64,000 nucleotides of DNA from Vitrella brassicaformis CCMP3155 (lineage: Eukaryota > Protista > Chromerida): contig CDMY01000592.1 in NCBI GenBank assembly GCA_001179505.1, positions 263,957 through 327,956 of the forward strand, in the 5' to 3' direction. The notes beneath the pieces were generated by a model. It did no database searches. It saw only the letters and a program-made list of their open reading frames with translations, and was not told the DNA's origin. How positions within the stretch are numbered: position 1 is the first letter of the stretch; each line of letters starts with the position of its first letter. Below, piece by piece: positions 12,796-26,432 of the stretch. Made by a program: the position numbers and the translations under genes.

Positions 12796-15700
12796 TCATG
12801 GCGGTGAGTACTCATCGTCCATCGGGGGCGGCTGCACCATCCATGTGAATGGTTGTGCTTGTGTCTCCATGACGGCCTCCTCATCTGCCGACGGGCCGTC
12901 CATGGGGCGTGGGGGCATTGCAAGAGGCACCAGCTGCTGCATGGAGGCGGGCGGCAGAGGCACGGACAGACCGCCGAGATGACCTCTGACACAGAGGGAG
13001 ACATGGGATGAGGTAATAGCTAACGCTGTCCGTCCGCTAGGTAGTACGTACCTCTTGATGAGGAAGTCCAGTTCGCTCTGCATCGCACGCCGACGGGCCA
13101 TCTCTGACACCCACCAAACACAGACACATCCATCCCCTCGTCTGTCTCTAGCTGTGTGCCCAATCCACCCCACCCCACCCCACCCCACCTATCATGATGT
13201 CATTGGACTGGAATCTCGCCGAAGCTGACGCGAAGGAGTCCGGCGGGCTGGTGTCGGTGAACACGCCCTTGCTCCCGGGCAACAGCCGGCTCTGCTTCAG
13301 CGGGGGCAGCTTTCCCGGCGGCCGATGTGTCTCTCTCCCCATCCCATCTCCCCTGTTGATGTGTGTGGAGTATGCCGACCCAGTGGCCGCCAGCAGCGGG
13401 TGCAGCTCCACCAGATGCATTGGTGTGCGGGGCGGGGGCAGGTAGAGAGATGCCAGTGGGGGCGGCTCCTCCATCACCGATGCAGCCTGCAGGGGTGTGA
13501 GTAATCCTCTTCGCCCGCTGCTGCCGTCTTCTGCGCGTCGGGTGGTGAGCGGCTTGCTGACGTCATGGTGCAGGTGCTGGTGCACATACACGGGCTGCTG
13601 GGTGGACCTGCCTTCCAGCACGCTTGTGTAGCTCTCTGTCGCGTGCACCTGGTGGTCATTATCATAGCTGTAATCGTTTTCATCGCCGCCGAGCAGCCGA
13701 GGTGAGCGCAGCACATTCACTGCGTCGCCTCTCTTGATGGAGCCGACGAGAGGTGACTTGAGCAGCCGTGACTCGAGAGCATTGGGCGGCCCTCTCTTCG
13801 GCAGGCACAGCTGCCTCGGCGGTCTCGGCTTCTTTGGCTTCTTCGGCAGCTCCTCAACTGGCGGGGGGACGGGAATCGGCGGCGGCAGAGGGTGTGGGTG
13901 GGGCTGCCTCCGTCCGGTGTGGTAGACGTGGACGTGGTGCGACACCGTGTACTGGTCCAGCACACACAGCGTCTGTTGGTCCCCCTCCTCATCTCCTTTC
14001 TTGTCCCTGAGGTGGGCGGCTTTGGATGACTCCCCATGATGCTTGGGGCTCTTCTGTGGCCGCCCGCCGCTCTCTCGCGTTCGTTTCGGTGGCCGGGGGT
14101 GGCTGGGTGCCTTCTCCACGGGGGCCAGCCTTCCCTTCGGTCGCGCCTTTCCTCCAGTGACAGTCACGTCATCAGCTGCTGCTGCTGCTGCTGGTCTGTA
14201 GGCGGCATTGGACGGGACAGGGAAGACGTCCTTGACGGCCTCTCTGATGCGCCGGGCGGTCTCGAGCTCCTGCCGAGTCTTCTTGCCTTTCCATGCTGCC
14301 TGAATCTTCACTGCAGCATCGTCGGCCTGCCTCTGTCTCAGCTCGTCTGCGGCATGATCTTCCTCTTGAAGCGGCTCGCCTTTGTCAGTGTCCGCAGCCT
14401 CTGGAACGGCGGCTTCTTCTGGTGCCTTTTGTTCTGGCTGTTGATCCGCCTTGCGCCTCGTGTCGTCAAGTGTGTCCACCTCGGCCTCAAGAAACAGTGT
14501 GTCTGCCTGGTGGATCGGTCCTACCGCATAGTATGTGTCTCGCCCTTGTTCTGCCGTGTGCATGGCTGAGACGGTTGACAGGCTCTTGGTGAGGTCGCTG
14601 ACATAGGCGCGTGCAGCCGCACCAGGAGCCACGCTGTCGCCAGCGGTCTTGTGCGCGGCTTCTTGTGGCTGTCTTGCAGACATGTCTCGCCGGCATTGTC
14701 TCCCCCTCCACACCTTCTGGATGGTCACGGCAGCTGAGGCCTCACGCCCATCGGCAGCCGGCCTCGCCGTCTCATCAGCAGCATCCACCTGTGGCGGGGC
14801 TGCCTCATGGACCTGGCTCTCCTCTGGAGGCTGGTCATCCACCAGGGCTTCTCTCAGCAGCTCTGTGGCCTCCTCTGCTTGTGGTGGTGCTGGTGCAGTG
14901 AGAGTGGCGTCAAGAGGTGGAGAGGTAGAGGAAAGGGGCCGGGGGGAGAGGACCTTGCGGACCTCGTAGCCCCTGAATGTTCGCTGAATGTCCTTGGCCG
15001 CCTGCTGCTGCCGCGGCTGCAGTTCCCTCAATGTCTGTTCGGGCGCTGTGGGGTCGATCAGCTCGGTAGTCAGCAGAGGCAGACTCTTCGCGAACATCTC
15101 TTTCTGCCCCCTCAGTCTGGCCACCCGCTGCCGGCCCTTGAAGCCCCTGTAGCTGCGCTGAATCGTGACGGCGCTTTCCTGCCGCCTTTGCTCCTCCAAC
15201 CGAGGCAGGCTCACGCTGAGGCTGAGGTTGGACGGTCCTCTCAGCGGGGCCCAGTCGATGTCGATCTGCGGCTCGTCCCGCTCCTCGTCCTCAACACTCG
15301 AAACGACGTCGAGGCCGTCCTCCTCGCCACCATCATGTGAGCGGGGCCTTGGCTCGGCTCGCCGGGCCTTCTCGGTGACGCGTGAGCATGACGATGGCGT
15401 GTCTCGCGCCAGGCAGGTGCGCACCCGCTCCAACGTGGGGATGTCGACCGTGATGCCGAGAGAGCAGTAGAGACCTACACATAACAAAACAGAGGGAGGG
15501 GGGGAGGGAGGAATATGCAGTGGGTTGGTTAATCGAGCATGGTCTGCCTGTGTTCTGCTCTCTGACCGACCAGTGCCGTCATCTTTCTGCATGGCGCAGT
15601 ATTCGATGACCGTGGGCAGCCGCAGCAAAGCCATGGCCTCAACGTCGTCACTCGGCAGCGGCCACACCCTCCCCACATTTCGCCTCGTGGCCTCAAAGCG

Positions 15701-18700
15701 CGGCCGGAACGAGAACAGCAGCCTCGCCCTTGCCTCCTCCTGTTGTCCTTGGTAAGCTTCCCTCGCCGTGTCTCGCGCCGCCACCGTGCGTGGCGATGCT
15801 CGCTGAAATCCCACATCCAGCGTGCTGACCACCATGGGCTGTGCGGACTCCCTGTCTCTTGACGAGGCCGGCACTGACGTGGGCGACTCCATAGTGGTCC
15901 TGACGACCGTCCGTCTGGCCCGCGACGGCGATGTAGGCGATCGCGGCTTGGCTTCGGCGACTCTCGGCCTCTCAGGCGATGTGCGCGGTGGCGAGACTGT
16001 CCGGTCGCTGTCGCGAGGGGAGGTGGAGCTGTCCCGACCCTGCCGCTCACGCACCCGTCGGTGCCGCTCCGCCCGCCGCAGGAGGTTTTCTTTGTCGCGG
16101 AGGTGTTTCTCGAGCTGCCGGATGATCTGTGACTGCAGGGGGAGGTCGAGGGGTGGCAGGGAGGGGGGCAGGTACTTGAGAATGCGCGGCGACCGAAGAG
16201 ACTCTGTATGCATGACATGCATGAGGCGACAACACACATGACGGATGAACATCACCAGTCAGCCAGTGATGGTCGTGTATCGTCTGACTGACCAAGGACC
16301 AATCCCTCCTCGCTTGTTGGCTGCTGGCCCTGTTGGCTGGCTGGTGCATGCTGTACGCCATCGGGGGCAGCCGATGTCGCCGTGTGGCCCTTGCCGTCGG
16401 CTTCGTCATCATCTGGCAACATGGATGGCGGCGGGGCTCCTACGATAGGCTCGGTCACCTTAGTGCGATTGTTGGAGGAAGCCAATTTGCTGTCCAACGT
16501 CTGAGTATGACAGACACATAGGTGAAGGCTGGATGGATGTGGGTCGTCTGTAGGTCCATCCATACCAGCGCGACGTCAGGAGCCAGCTGTGGTGGTGTAG
16601 GGGGTGGCCTTTCCACCACACCCATAGAGGGGATCTGCAGCTGACGACTTGCAGGAACTGACAGACAGACACATACGAGAGAACGGAGGGAGGGAGGGAC
16701 ACAGGGCGATGGTCCGTGCCATACAGACAGGGCGGCTCCAGCAAGCTTAGCGTACCATCATGGTGTGTCGATGTGGTGCGCTGCATGCCCGGCACGACGA
16801 ATCGGGTACCCGTGGCGGCGTGCTGGGCAGGCAAGGACGACTGATGGCAAAACGGACGGACAGAAGAAAACGCATCAACCAAAATGTCGATATATGCGTG
16901 TTCTGGACGGTTGGCTTACGAGTATGTCCTGCAGGTCCTCTTCAGGCGGCGCGGGGCATTCCTCACCGAACACCTTCTCGCGCGTCTTGAAGTTGTACCT
17001 GCAGCCAGCCAGCCATCCACTCACCAACCCACCCACCCACCCATATGTGTATGTATGTCATTCATCGGAGAGAAAGGGAGTGGCAGCCAAAGACTCCACT
17101 TACTCACTCCCTGCCTCACCCACCAGTAGGGTACGAGTCCCCCCTCATAGAATTTGAGCCATGGGGAGAGGGGGTATGAGTGCTGGATGCTCTGGTGCCA
17201 CACCTTGAGCACCGTGTCGAGGTTCTTCGCAAACAACTTGGGCGTGTACAACGTCTGAATATGGGCAGACACACCGGCAAGGTCAAGGCATCGCAGGTGC
17301 CATGCCGCTGAGCTGAGCTGAGCTGAGCTGAGCTGAGCTGAGGTGAGCTGAGGGAGACACTACCCACCCCACCCACTCGCACACACCCTCCCGGCCCACC
17401 TTCTTGACTCCGTATTGTTTGTGGTTCTGCCGTGCGCCCTTCCGGTGGATCTGACGACTGCACAACACAACCAATAGTCACAATGTGTGCCTCCCGTGCC
17501 TCTCTCTTGTTGCTTTGTCTTTCTGATTGCCTGCCTGCAGGTCGGGCAGAGTGCGTCCCCGCAGTCCTCACAGATGTAGGCGGACTCCTTTTCGTCGCAT
17601 TGGAAACAATGCATCTTCTGAACACACACAACACAAACCACAACTCACTCGTCCCCCCACAAGAAGATATATGTCCCCTCAATGAGATGAGTGAATGCTA
17701 CTTACTGACCGATGCGAGTATGACGCCGTGCTGCTGCCTCTTGCCCTTCCTGTGGGTCTGCTCGAAACACGGCAGGCAAAACAGATCGGCGCAGTCTTCA
17801 CACCTGCACACACACCACACCAGACCAGACCAATCCAATCAACAGTCCAGCGACAGACAGACACCTTCCTGGTCCAATTCACCCACTCACCGGACGACGG
17901 CAGCGTTTCCCTGGCACTCTGAGCAGACGAACTGCTCCATGAACACTGCAGGATGGTCTCGCCGACGGCCTGCAGACAGACAGACAGACAGACCCAGGCA
18001 GATAGCGACACAGAGACACACAGGGGGAGTCAGTCTGTGTGTCTGTGTGCCTACCTACCTTGTAAGTGTGTGGCGAAGAAGCAGAAGTTGCAGAGTGTAT
18101 CGTGGCACACCGCACAGCTGAAGTCAGCCAGCGCAGACTCGCACTCCACACATATCAGCAGCCCTGTCGGCGATATCTAAAAGCCCCACAAACAAAACAC
18201 CACACGCCCATCCATCCATCCATCCATCCATCCATCCATTGCCTCTCTCTGTCCACTTTGCGAGTGACGTGCATACATACTTTCTTGAGGAATCCGATTC
18301 GGTCGAGCTCTAGGTGGACGAACAGCTTCTGCGGGTCCACACAGTTGTAGAGTGTCACCGTCTCGGGATCGTCCCTTTTCCGAAAGTATGCCTGTTCAAT
18401 GGCCGCCTTGACGCGCGGCAGCAGGTAGGGCTCATACAGCGGGCTCACATCCAGCAGCGGGAGCAGGCTCTCAATGGTGCGTGCCTGTGCAACCGCCCGA
18501 GCGCCGCCTCCCCCATAGGAAGTAGCCCGCTCGACGGCGTCGAATATGATCTCCTGCGCTCGGAACAGCCGGTTGGTCCGCCTGCGGTCCAGCTCGGCCT
18601 TCTCGATGGCAATGCGGTGGGCCAGCAGCCGGTATTCTTCCAGCGTAGGGAGCGTGCTGCAGTGCAATGAACGAACCGTGGTTTGGAGGAAAATGGGGAA

Positions 18701-19285
18701 TGAGTGCACTCCACGTGTGGGTCGATTGGTTTGTTTGTTTGTCGATATCTCACCTTTGTACGACGCCTGTGTGGTCGTTGACGAATACGGCGTCCCTCTC
18801 CTGCAGCCGCAGGAGCCAGCCCTCGTTCTGCAGGGCCAGCAGACAGTCCCGGATGATCCACAGCAACTCGGTCTCCATGGAAGGGTCAATCGACAACAGC
18901 CTGCACACACACACATAGGGGAGGCAGCCAGGCCAGACAAACACAAACACACATTCACCGCGCCCCTAGCTGCCCTCTCCCGCCAGCATTTTGCATTGAA
19001 CACACGGCACCCCCACCCATCAGACTGCCTGTGTGTGCCGTGGTGCTTCCCTCACTTGGACATGGCCTGGACCACTTCAATGGGGAACTGGGGCTCCTCC
19101 TTCTCGTCCAGCACCGGTGGCCGGTGATAGGATGAGTGCGGCCGCAGCGGCAGGGGGATGAGGTCAGGAACCTCAGGGTGCGAGTGGAACCGGGGACGGT
19201 GGCGCTCGTAATGCATGCCACCAGTGCCATCCTCTGCTTGCGGGCCTCCCTGCCGCCCTGTCAGCGGACCGTCGCTGCTCGTCAT
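12796..19285 (-). CDS. Large protein: CEP164-like/WW N-terminus, three tandem B-box zinc fingers, WW-like module, four IQ motifs
   Basis: LLSIDPSMETELLWIIRDCL. B-boxes CVECESALADFSCAVCHDTLCNFCFFATH, CSECQGNAAVVRC.DCADLFCLPCFEQTHRKGKRQQH and CFQCDEKESAYICEDCGDALCPTCRQAIHRKG. WW-like PWLKFYEGGLVPYWYNFKTRE. IQ motifs IQRSYRG, IQRTFRG, IQKVWRG and IQAAWKG. Confidence 0.8.
17308..17352. repeat. (CTGAG)n pentanucleotide microsatellite in an intron
   Basis: About 9 near-perfect units read directly. It is one of many intronic (GT)n, (GA)n, (GATG)n and (CTGT)n tracts in the window. Confidence 0.9.
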
Positions 19286-19389
19286 GCGAGGAAAATGAAG
19301 ACTGCGAGCTTGGCCCCCATGTGGCCCCCGTCTTTCTCCCTTTTCTCCCCTCCCCTCTCTGGTTTATTGAACGCTGCTAGACAGACAAG

Positions 19390-21223
19390 ATGGTGCAGCC
19401 GCTGTCACGTGCCGACAGGATGAGCTACCTTCACGCCTCACATCAGGTGGGCGGCCGTGCACAGACAGACGTGCAGACGGAGCAGTCAGGCTGAGTCTGC
19501 GGATGTTCTATGTATGTGCTATCAGTAAGTACAGTACATCATGCCTGTGTGTGTTTGGTGTGGTGATGTGCTCCAGCTCATCCTGCCCGCCTACCTCAAG
19601 GCGGTGGAAGAACAGGTACATCTGTGGCAGCACGTGTGGCAGCAGCAGCAGCAGCACAGGACATTTGATGTCATCCTGCGTGCGGGCGTTGGCGTTGCAT
19701 GATGATGGATTTGCACTGACATGGCCACAGATGGAGGTGTTGGATCTTCAGCTGCCGCCGTTCCCATGGCGAGTCGGCTCACCTGCAATGGACCGGTTCC
19801 CCGAGTACTTCAGGGCAGATCCCGCCGGACTCGCACAGAGCAAAGTCCTCACAGAGTCCACACTCGCGGCAGCCACCATCATCCCGGCAGACAAGGCCGC
19901 CCTCCCGCCACTCTTTCCCCCGCCCCTGTTCCTCGAGGCGCTGCGGCTGGAAACGACAGAGACGCTCACAAGCCAGGTGTTCCGCTTCCACCCCTCCCTG
20001 CTGAGAGCGAGGGACGTGTTGGTCTACAGATACAAGGCCCTGCACCCCCACCTGAGGAACCTGTTGTCCAAGCAGCGAGCTGCGTTGCCTCGTGCGGCAG
20101 TGGAGGCCTTCTACAATGCGTGGAAGGAGTTTGAGCAGAAGTTTCTCGAGGAGAAGGAGACACATGCTGTGGTCAGTCTGTCGGGCGGCAGCAAGCTTGT
20201 CGAAGCTTGTACTTTGACTGACGTACTCTCTCTCTGTCGCGATTTTCAGGAGGCGCTCATGCCGTTGGCGGACTGTCTTCTGCAGCTGGAGCCGCTTCTC
20301 GTGTCCAAGAAGAAAGAAGGTGCACGCGACTGACTCCAATGGGCTGGCTTATGGGTGACAGACAGTGGATGTGATGTCGGTGTCTCTTCGCGTGCAGCCA
20401 TTTTGCCATGGCCTCGGGTGCAGCACCAGCGCATCTCCACACTGAGATGTCAGCCACCATGGCAACACACACGGCACAGCTCAAAAGAGACAGACATGCT
20501 GTGATGTCTCAACCCTCCCATCCATCCATCAGGTCTGGAAGGCTTCTGCAAGACGGTGGAGGTGCTGGTGGTGTACATCCTCGGCACGTCCAAGGGGAAG
20601 CAGCCCACTGACCAGGACCCCAAACTCATCGTAAAGATGCACACACCACACCATAAGCAGGGATACCCACCTACTTTATCCTCGATCGTCAGGTCATGAC
20701 AGAGGCGATTGTTCAGCATGCGAAGCGAGTAGAGACAGAGGGCGCTGGACCGCACGGCAGTCCCTCTGCGGATGCCACATCCTCGTCTGATGCAGCCTCG
20801 TACGCGGACATCATTAAGATGCCCGCAGACAGGCTCAAAATGCTCGCGGAAAACCCCAAAGTGGACACGACACGAGACACACACCAACCAGTGAGAATTG
20901 AGATACACACATGTTGGTTTGTTTGGTTCATTCAGTCGTTGGCGTTGGCTGAGGAGATGGTTCGTGTGTTCAATCTGCTGATCAACCACTTCCTCGCCTG
21001 CAGAGACCAGCTGGAGAAAATGAACCCAAACCTGGTCGGTCTGTCTGTCTACTACATCAATTACCCTCTCACTCACGTCATGTGGCCACACACTCCTCGT
21101 GTGCTGGTGTTGGTGTGGGGTGTTCAGGAGCAGAACGAGGATTTGGTTCGTGTGTTGCGGCGGTACCACGTCACGTTTGCCAAGTGCCAGAGGTCATTCC
21201 TCGAGCCATTCAACCTTGTCTGA
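19390..21223 (+). CDS. Helical hypothetical protein (multi-exon)
   Basis: Long coding exon MEVLDLQLPPFPW...AFYNAWKEFEQKFLEEKE, further exons ending ...DQLEKMNPNL|EQNEDLVRVLRRYHVTFAKCQRSFLEPFNLV*. Confidence 0.65.
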
Positions 21224-21397
21224 GTCAGTGTGTGCACTCATTTTGACCATTCATTCGTTACACGTACGTACATACAAAATGTATGTCCTGTTGACGTCCC
21301 GTATGTATGCCTCACAAGCCGACCCTCACAGCACACAGACATACACGATCTATTGACTGACTGACAAATGCATGCTGCCCTGCCCCCACTCCGTCCG

Positions 21398-23227
21398 TCA
21401 TCCACTGCGGCTCGCTTCGTCCAGCTCGGCAACTTCATCCTCAGTCAGCGACCAGGACGAACACACAATGACCTGCACGATGGATGCACACAACACAACA
21501 GATCGTCCCACCATCGCGGCACCGGCATCTCCTAGGTACCTCCTTGGCTTGTTGTACATTCTTGACCCCCGGAATGGGAGCAGCCCCTTTGCTGCGGCAC
21601 CAGTTCAGCGCCACCTGGGTCGGCGTTACAATGCTCCCATCGTTTGCACCTCCCGCCCCCTCTCCCCGGCGCTCATCGGCTGTTGCGGTCTGGAAGGCCC
21701 CCACCAGCCAGTCGACGGGCGATGCCGCTGACGCTCCGCCGGCCGACGCTGACCTCTGCCGTTCCTCCACTACACGAGCGTTGATCTGAGGGGTCAGCCG
21801 TTGCAAGGCGGCCTGAATGCGGGATAGCCGTCCTCCGTCCTTGCCTCTGGGTGACGCATCCGCTGTACTGGCCTCAACGGCTCTGCAGACAGACAGGCAG
21901 GGCAGATGGGGAAAATTCCCAACCATGTCGGTGGCGGTGTTGCTGACCTGGTTGTGAGTTTGCCCTGCGCCAGAGGCGAGTGTGCGATGGGGGTGATGCC
22001 CCGCTCAAAGCAATACTCCAGCGAGCCATCGACAAGGTACCGCTGAACACGCACGACACACAACACACAACACACATTTCCGCAGACCACGACAGCCACA
22101 TGCCATGCAGCGGGAGTGCACTCAGCACACACCACCCTCCCTCTCCTTGCCTGATCGATGAGCGACAGCGGGATCTGGTTGGACACGGTCGGCGTATTCC
22201 ATTTGCTCAGCTCCCTCTCCATCTGCGGCAGCTCCTTGATGTCGAAATTAGACACACCAATGTGCTGACACTTGCCGTCCAGCCTGGCCTTCGCCAGCCC
22301 CTCGGCCAACGCAGGATAACCACCAATATAGGGGAATGGAAAATGCAGCTGGAAGAGCGCGATCGGCACTCCGTCGAGCCGAGCCAGCGAGTTGTCGATA
22401 GCTCGTGACACGGCCTCGCTGCCCCATCGAAAGCCGCCCCCGACACCGAGAGCGTTGGTCCTACGAAGACAATTGCGCCACACCCCACACACTGAGGCTG
22501 TCTCCCAGTCAAGAGAAAATGAGGGCATTCCGTGCCTTCGTCCCCTCAATACCAGAGAAGCGGGAAGAATTTGGTTGCCACACGCACAGATGGCCGTTTT
22601 TTGCCGAGTTTGCCTAGCAGCTGCTCCGACTGATAGCCGTTTGGGATGTTCTGGTAGCCGTAGACCTCTGCTGTGTCAAAGAAGGTGATGCCGGCATCCA
22701 CCAACATCGATCCTGACATCTGCAGACGAGAGAGAAAGAAAGAAAGGAAACAAACACACATGCGGTCCTAGTGGATGCAGCGATCGATGGCATCTATCTG
22801 TACCTCAACATCATCAGGTCCAAATGGCCTCGACTCACTGGATGGCTCCGCGCTCACTGCACCCTCAGCGACAAACCCCCTCTTGGGATCACCCCTGCAG
22901 CACACACACACAACCAAGCAGTCACACAGGTCATGCTGCAGACACACACACACAGAGAGAGAGAGATGCATTCATCGTCTGTCCTTCTCACCATGCGAGC
23001 GTGCCGACACCGATAGGGCCGATGTCATACGTCGATGTGACGTCGGCCGCCACTTCGGGGACCGTCCTCACTGCAAAGATCCCATCGCGCCTCGGTCGTG
23101 GGAGGGCAGATAGAGGGCGGGCAGTGAATGCGGCTGCTCTCGCGTCTGTCAGCGTGCCACAGTCGACGTAGTGAGCTGCCTGACAGGCCAGAAGGAAGAG
23201 GCAACGCGGCAAAATACTCCTCATCAT
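21398..23227 (-). CDS. Plastid-targeted aldo/keto reductase (pyridoxal-reductase-like subgroup)
   Basis: GPIGVGTLAWGD, GITFFDTAEVYG, ATKF, LFQLHFP, IGVSNF, NQIPLSL, AHSPLAQGKLT and TQVALNWCRSKGAAPIPGVKNVQQAKE. The leader is signal peptide plus AAAF. Confidence 0.88.
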
Positions 23228-23519
23228 CCGACTCGGAATGCAGATTTCATCAAATTGTCATTCCATCGCACCACCGTCGAACGAACGTCGCTCCGACAGT
23301 CGCGAAGCGCGCAATAAGCGATCGCGTTCGCCTCCAGAAAAATCTTAGCTTGGCGTCTTCTTCAGGCTGCCAGCAAGACTCCAGCACTTGGGCTCCAGCA
23401 AGGACGGGCCTCAGCATCGGCGCGGACCCTGCCGCCATGACCATCCTCAGCCGCATCACCGTGCTGTGCAGCTCGGGGCACCGCCCAAGTACACGTGGCA
23501 GCAGCTCGACGGTGGCGGC

Positions 23520-24622
23520 ATGGGCAGGGGATTTGTCACCGGCACGACCACGGTAAGGACACAATTCATGCATGCATGGGTGAAGATGGGATGGGTGCAC
23601 GTGTGAGAGGCCTGGGTGACGGGCGCGATGAGATCGGTGCACACTCTGTCTGTACTGCACACTCGGTGTTCTCATTTCTTTGGACGTGTCGTTATGTGTT
23701 GGTGCAGAGTGGCACGTTTGGGTACGAGGGATGTGACAACCGCACCCTGACGACCACAACTGGGTATGCGGCACTATCGTCAGTGGCGCTACATGTGTAA
23801 CGTGCATCTGTCTGTCAGGGATTCGTCGCCAACGTCGCCCACGAGCACATCGAACTCGGCGGCTTCGGCCAACAACGTAGGCACCCACACACAAACCCAC
23901 GGAAACACCGACCCGAGATGCATGGAGGGATGGAGGGATGGATTCATTGGTGTTGGTTATATTGATTGCAATGCAGGCCAAACCCACCGTGAATGAGCTC
24001 ATCTGCACCCACGACATGGCCCTCGTGAAGGACCAGGGCATCTACCGCTGCTTCACGTTCGCCGCCGACCTGTCGGCCAAGGGCACCAACCTCAGCGAGG
24101 GCACGCTGATACGGGGATATTATGCGTCCAAGGAGGACAGCACCATAGCAGGCATGGCACTGACCGGCCCGCATCAGGGGAAGTACGGCGTGTGGAGCGG
24201 CCACCACGGCGCCGTCAAGAGGGTGGCGCTGTACACCACCGTGACGGCCCAGGACAAGACGACGGCCAAGGGCACACTCACGGCCTACCTGGCTGTCGAG
24301 GCGGGTGTGTGTTCGGGGGCCGGGCCAACTGCCGGTGCTGTCAACCTCACGCCTGTGGATGTGGCGCCGGTGCCGCCGTCGGTGGCGCGCAAGTGGCGGC
24401 CCGCTCGCTCCACACACGTTCGGGGGGCGGGGCGGGGGAGGGGTGGGGCGCCGCGCCGTGGCCGTGTGCCGAGGCAGCCGCGTGATTGAGACCATCACGA
24501 TGACGACCCGCAGCATCCACGAGGAGATCGCCATGCTGCGTGACAGCATTGGCGACGAGTTCCTGACGTGGTTTCTCAAGGGCATCATGGCGGGCACTCA
24601 GAGGGTGGGCTATTATGAGTAG
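23520..24622 (+). CDS. Hypothetical protein (boundaries uncertain)
   Basis: Frame-consistent exons ...NNAKPTVNELICTHDMALVKDQGIYRCFTFAADL...GKYGVWSGHHGAVKRVALY with strong coding-like codon usage. No family recognised. Confidence 0.45.
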
Positions 24623-25421
24623 GGAGGGGCACAGCGCACAAGACACAGCAGTGCCTGTCGGTCGGATGCTTGCATTTGTCGACTGCCTGTTGGTCTGCCT
24701 GTCCGTCCGGTTTATGATGTCCTCACTGATCTTCTGTCCATTCGTCTGGCTGCTGTCCAAATGAATGGCCTCTCTCCTTAGTTTTTCCTTTTGTCGTCGT
24801 TTGGCGTAGGGGGTGAGGAGGGAGGGTAATTAAAGCAAAGCCATCGAACTAGCCTCTAATTAAGTACAGGCGTACAGGCGTTTCCCCACACGAACAGGTA
24901 GAGATAGACGTGTGGTGAGACGAACGCCGCTTCTTCCCTTCGGCCAGCGAAAGATGCTGGCTGGTGTTTTGTAATTGAGTGCATTTGTCGTGTGTGTAGT
25001 CCGCTGCTCTTTTCTTTTCAATGTTGGTGTGGTTCATTGGCCGATGGTCGACTGGGTGGGGAGCGGTGTGCACTTGGTGTGTGTTTGCGTTGCGTTGGTG
25101 CATTGATGCAGGGATGACTCGTGAGTGTGTGGAGACCTTACGTATGAATGAATGCTACCTGCCAAACCAAGGTCAGGGGCGATGTCCTTACCCTGTTCCG
25201 CACAGAAAACGCCGACGCTCAATTTCGGAGATTTGATCATAATTTTCTTCCGGATTGTCTCGTGGAACCGAGGGCGGCAGGGGAGATGCCGCTGACCCTG
25301 TATGGGCCTTGACCGCCTCCGCCTCCGCTCGCTAACCTCTGCCTCCTCTCGACTTTTCTGCCAGAGCGCCGCAGCGGCCCGTCTGCTGCCCGCCGACCAT
25401 CATCTGCCTTTGATTGCAGCC

Positions 25422-26392
25422 ATGGGTGACCAGGAGATGCCCGTAGGCAAGCACACGGGCAAGAAGTTCTCGGAGATCCTCGTACAAGACCCGTCATTCT
25501 GCGACTTCGCCCTCTCTCTGCCGGGTCAGTTATTGTAGTCGACACCGACAGCACCATGACACTCGTGTCATGCCTCATGGCATTCGGCTGGCTCGTGCAC
25601 CCGTCCGTGTGTTTGTGTCCATCCATCCATCGTGTGTGCTGTGCTTTCTGTTCTGTCTGTGTGATGTGATGCGTTCCCTCAGGACCGAAGGGTGCGCTGT
25701 TGGCGTTCAAGCAGTACGTGCAGAACGCTCGTGGCCTCTCACAGGACGCACCAGGAGCGGCGGCAACAGCCTCTCAGCCCAGCCCTCCCCCTCCCCCTCC
25801 CCCCTGCCCACCCGTCCCCCGGCCGCCACGGTTCTCCCCATCTGCTCAGAGACTCTCGCCACCCCACCACCAAAACCAGCAGCAAGGCAACCACCACTAC
25901 AGCCCTCCAAATGATGACTTTCAGCGGTTTGCGTACAATGGCAGCGGTGCTGGTGCTGCTGCTGCTGGTAGTGGTGCGAGCACGGGGGTGGGTGGCGCTA
26001 GTGGTTCGGGTGCGGGAGTGGGAGTGGGTGTGGGTATGGGTGTGGGTATGGGGAATCGCACGCAGGCGTCGCAGGCGTCTCAGTGGAGTGCGCCTGCTGT
26101 CAAGGAGAAGATTGACCCCATAGCGTTGGAGCTCTACCAACATGACTATTTCAGGGTGAGGTGGGGTCGCTGGTGTGTCCGCACGCCGTGTGCGTGTGCC
26201 TGTGTTGACATTATATATCCTATCCGTGTTGTTTGTGTTGTTTGTGTTGTGTGTGTGCGTGCAGATAGCCCAGGTGCGTCAGAGTGGCCGTGCCGAGTCG
26301 TTCATCGACCGTTCCCTCTGGACCAGACTCAGAGTGGGTCATACCCTCCACCCACTCACAACCACGAGGACGACATCCCTCACTCATTCCCT

Positions 26393-26432
<40 letters not shown>

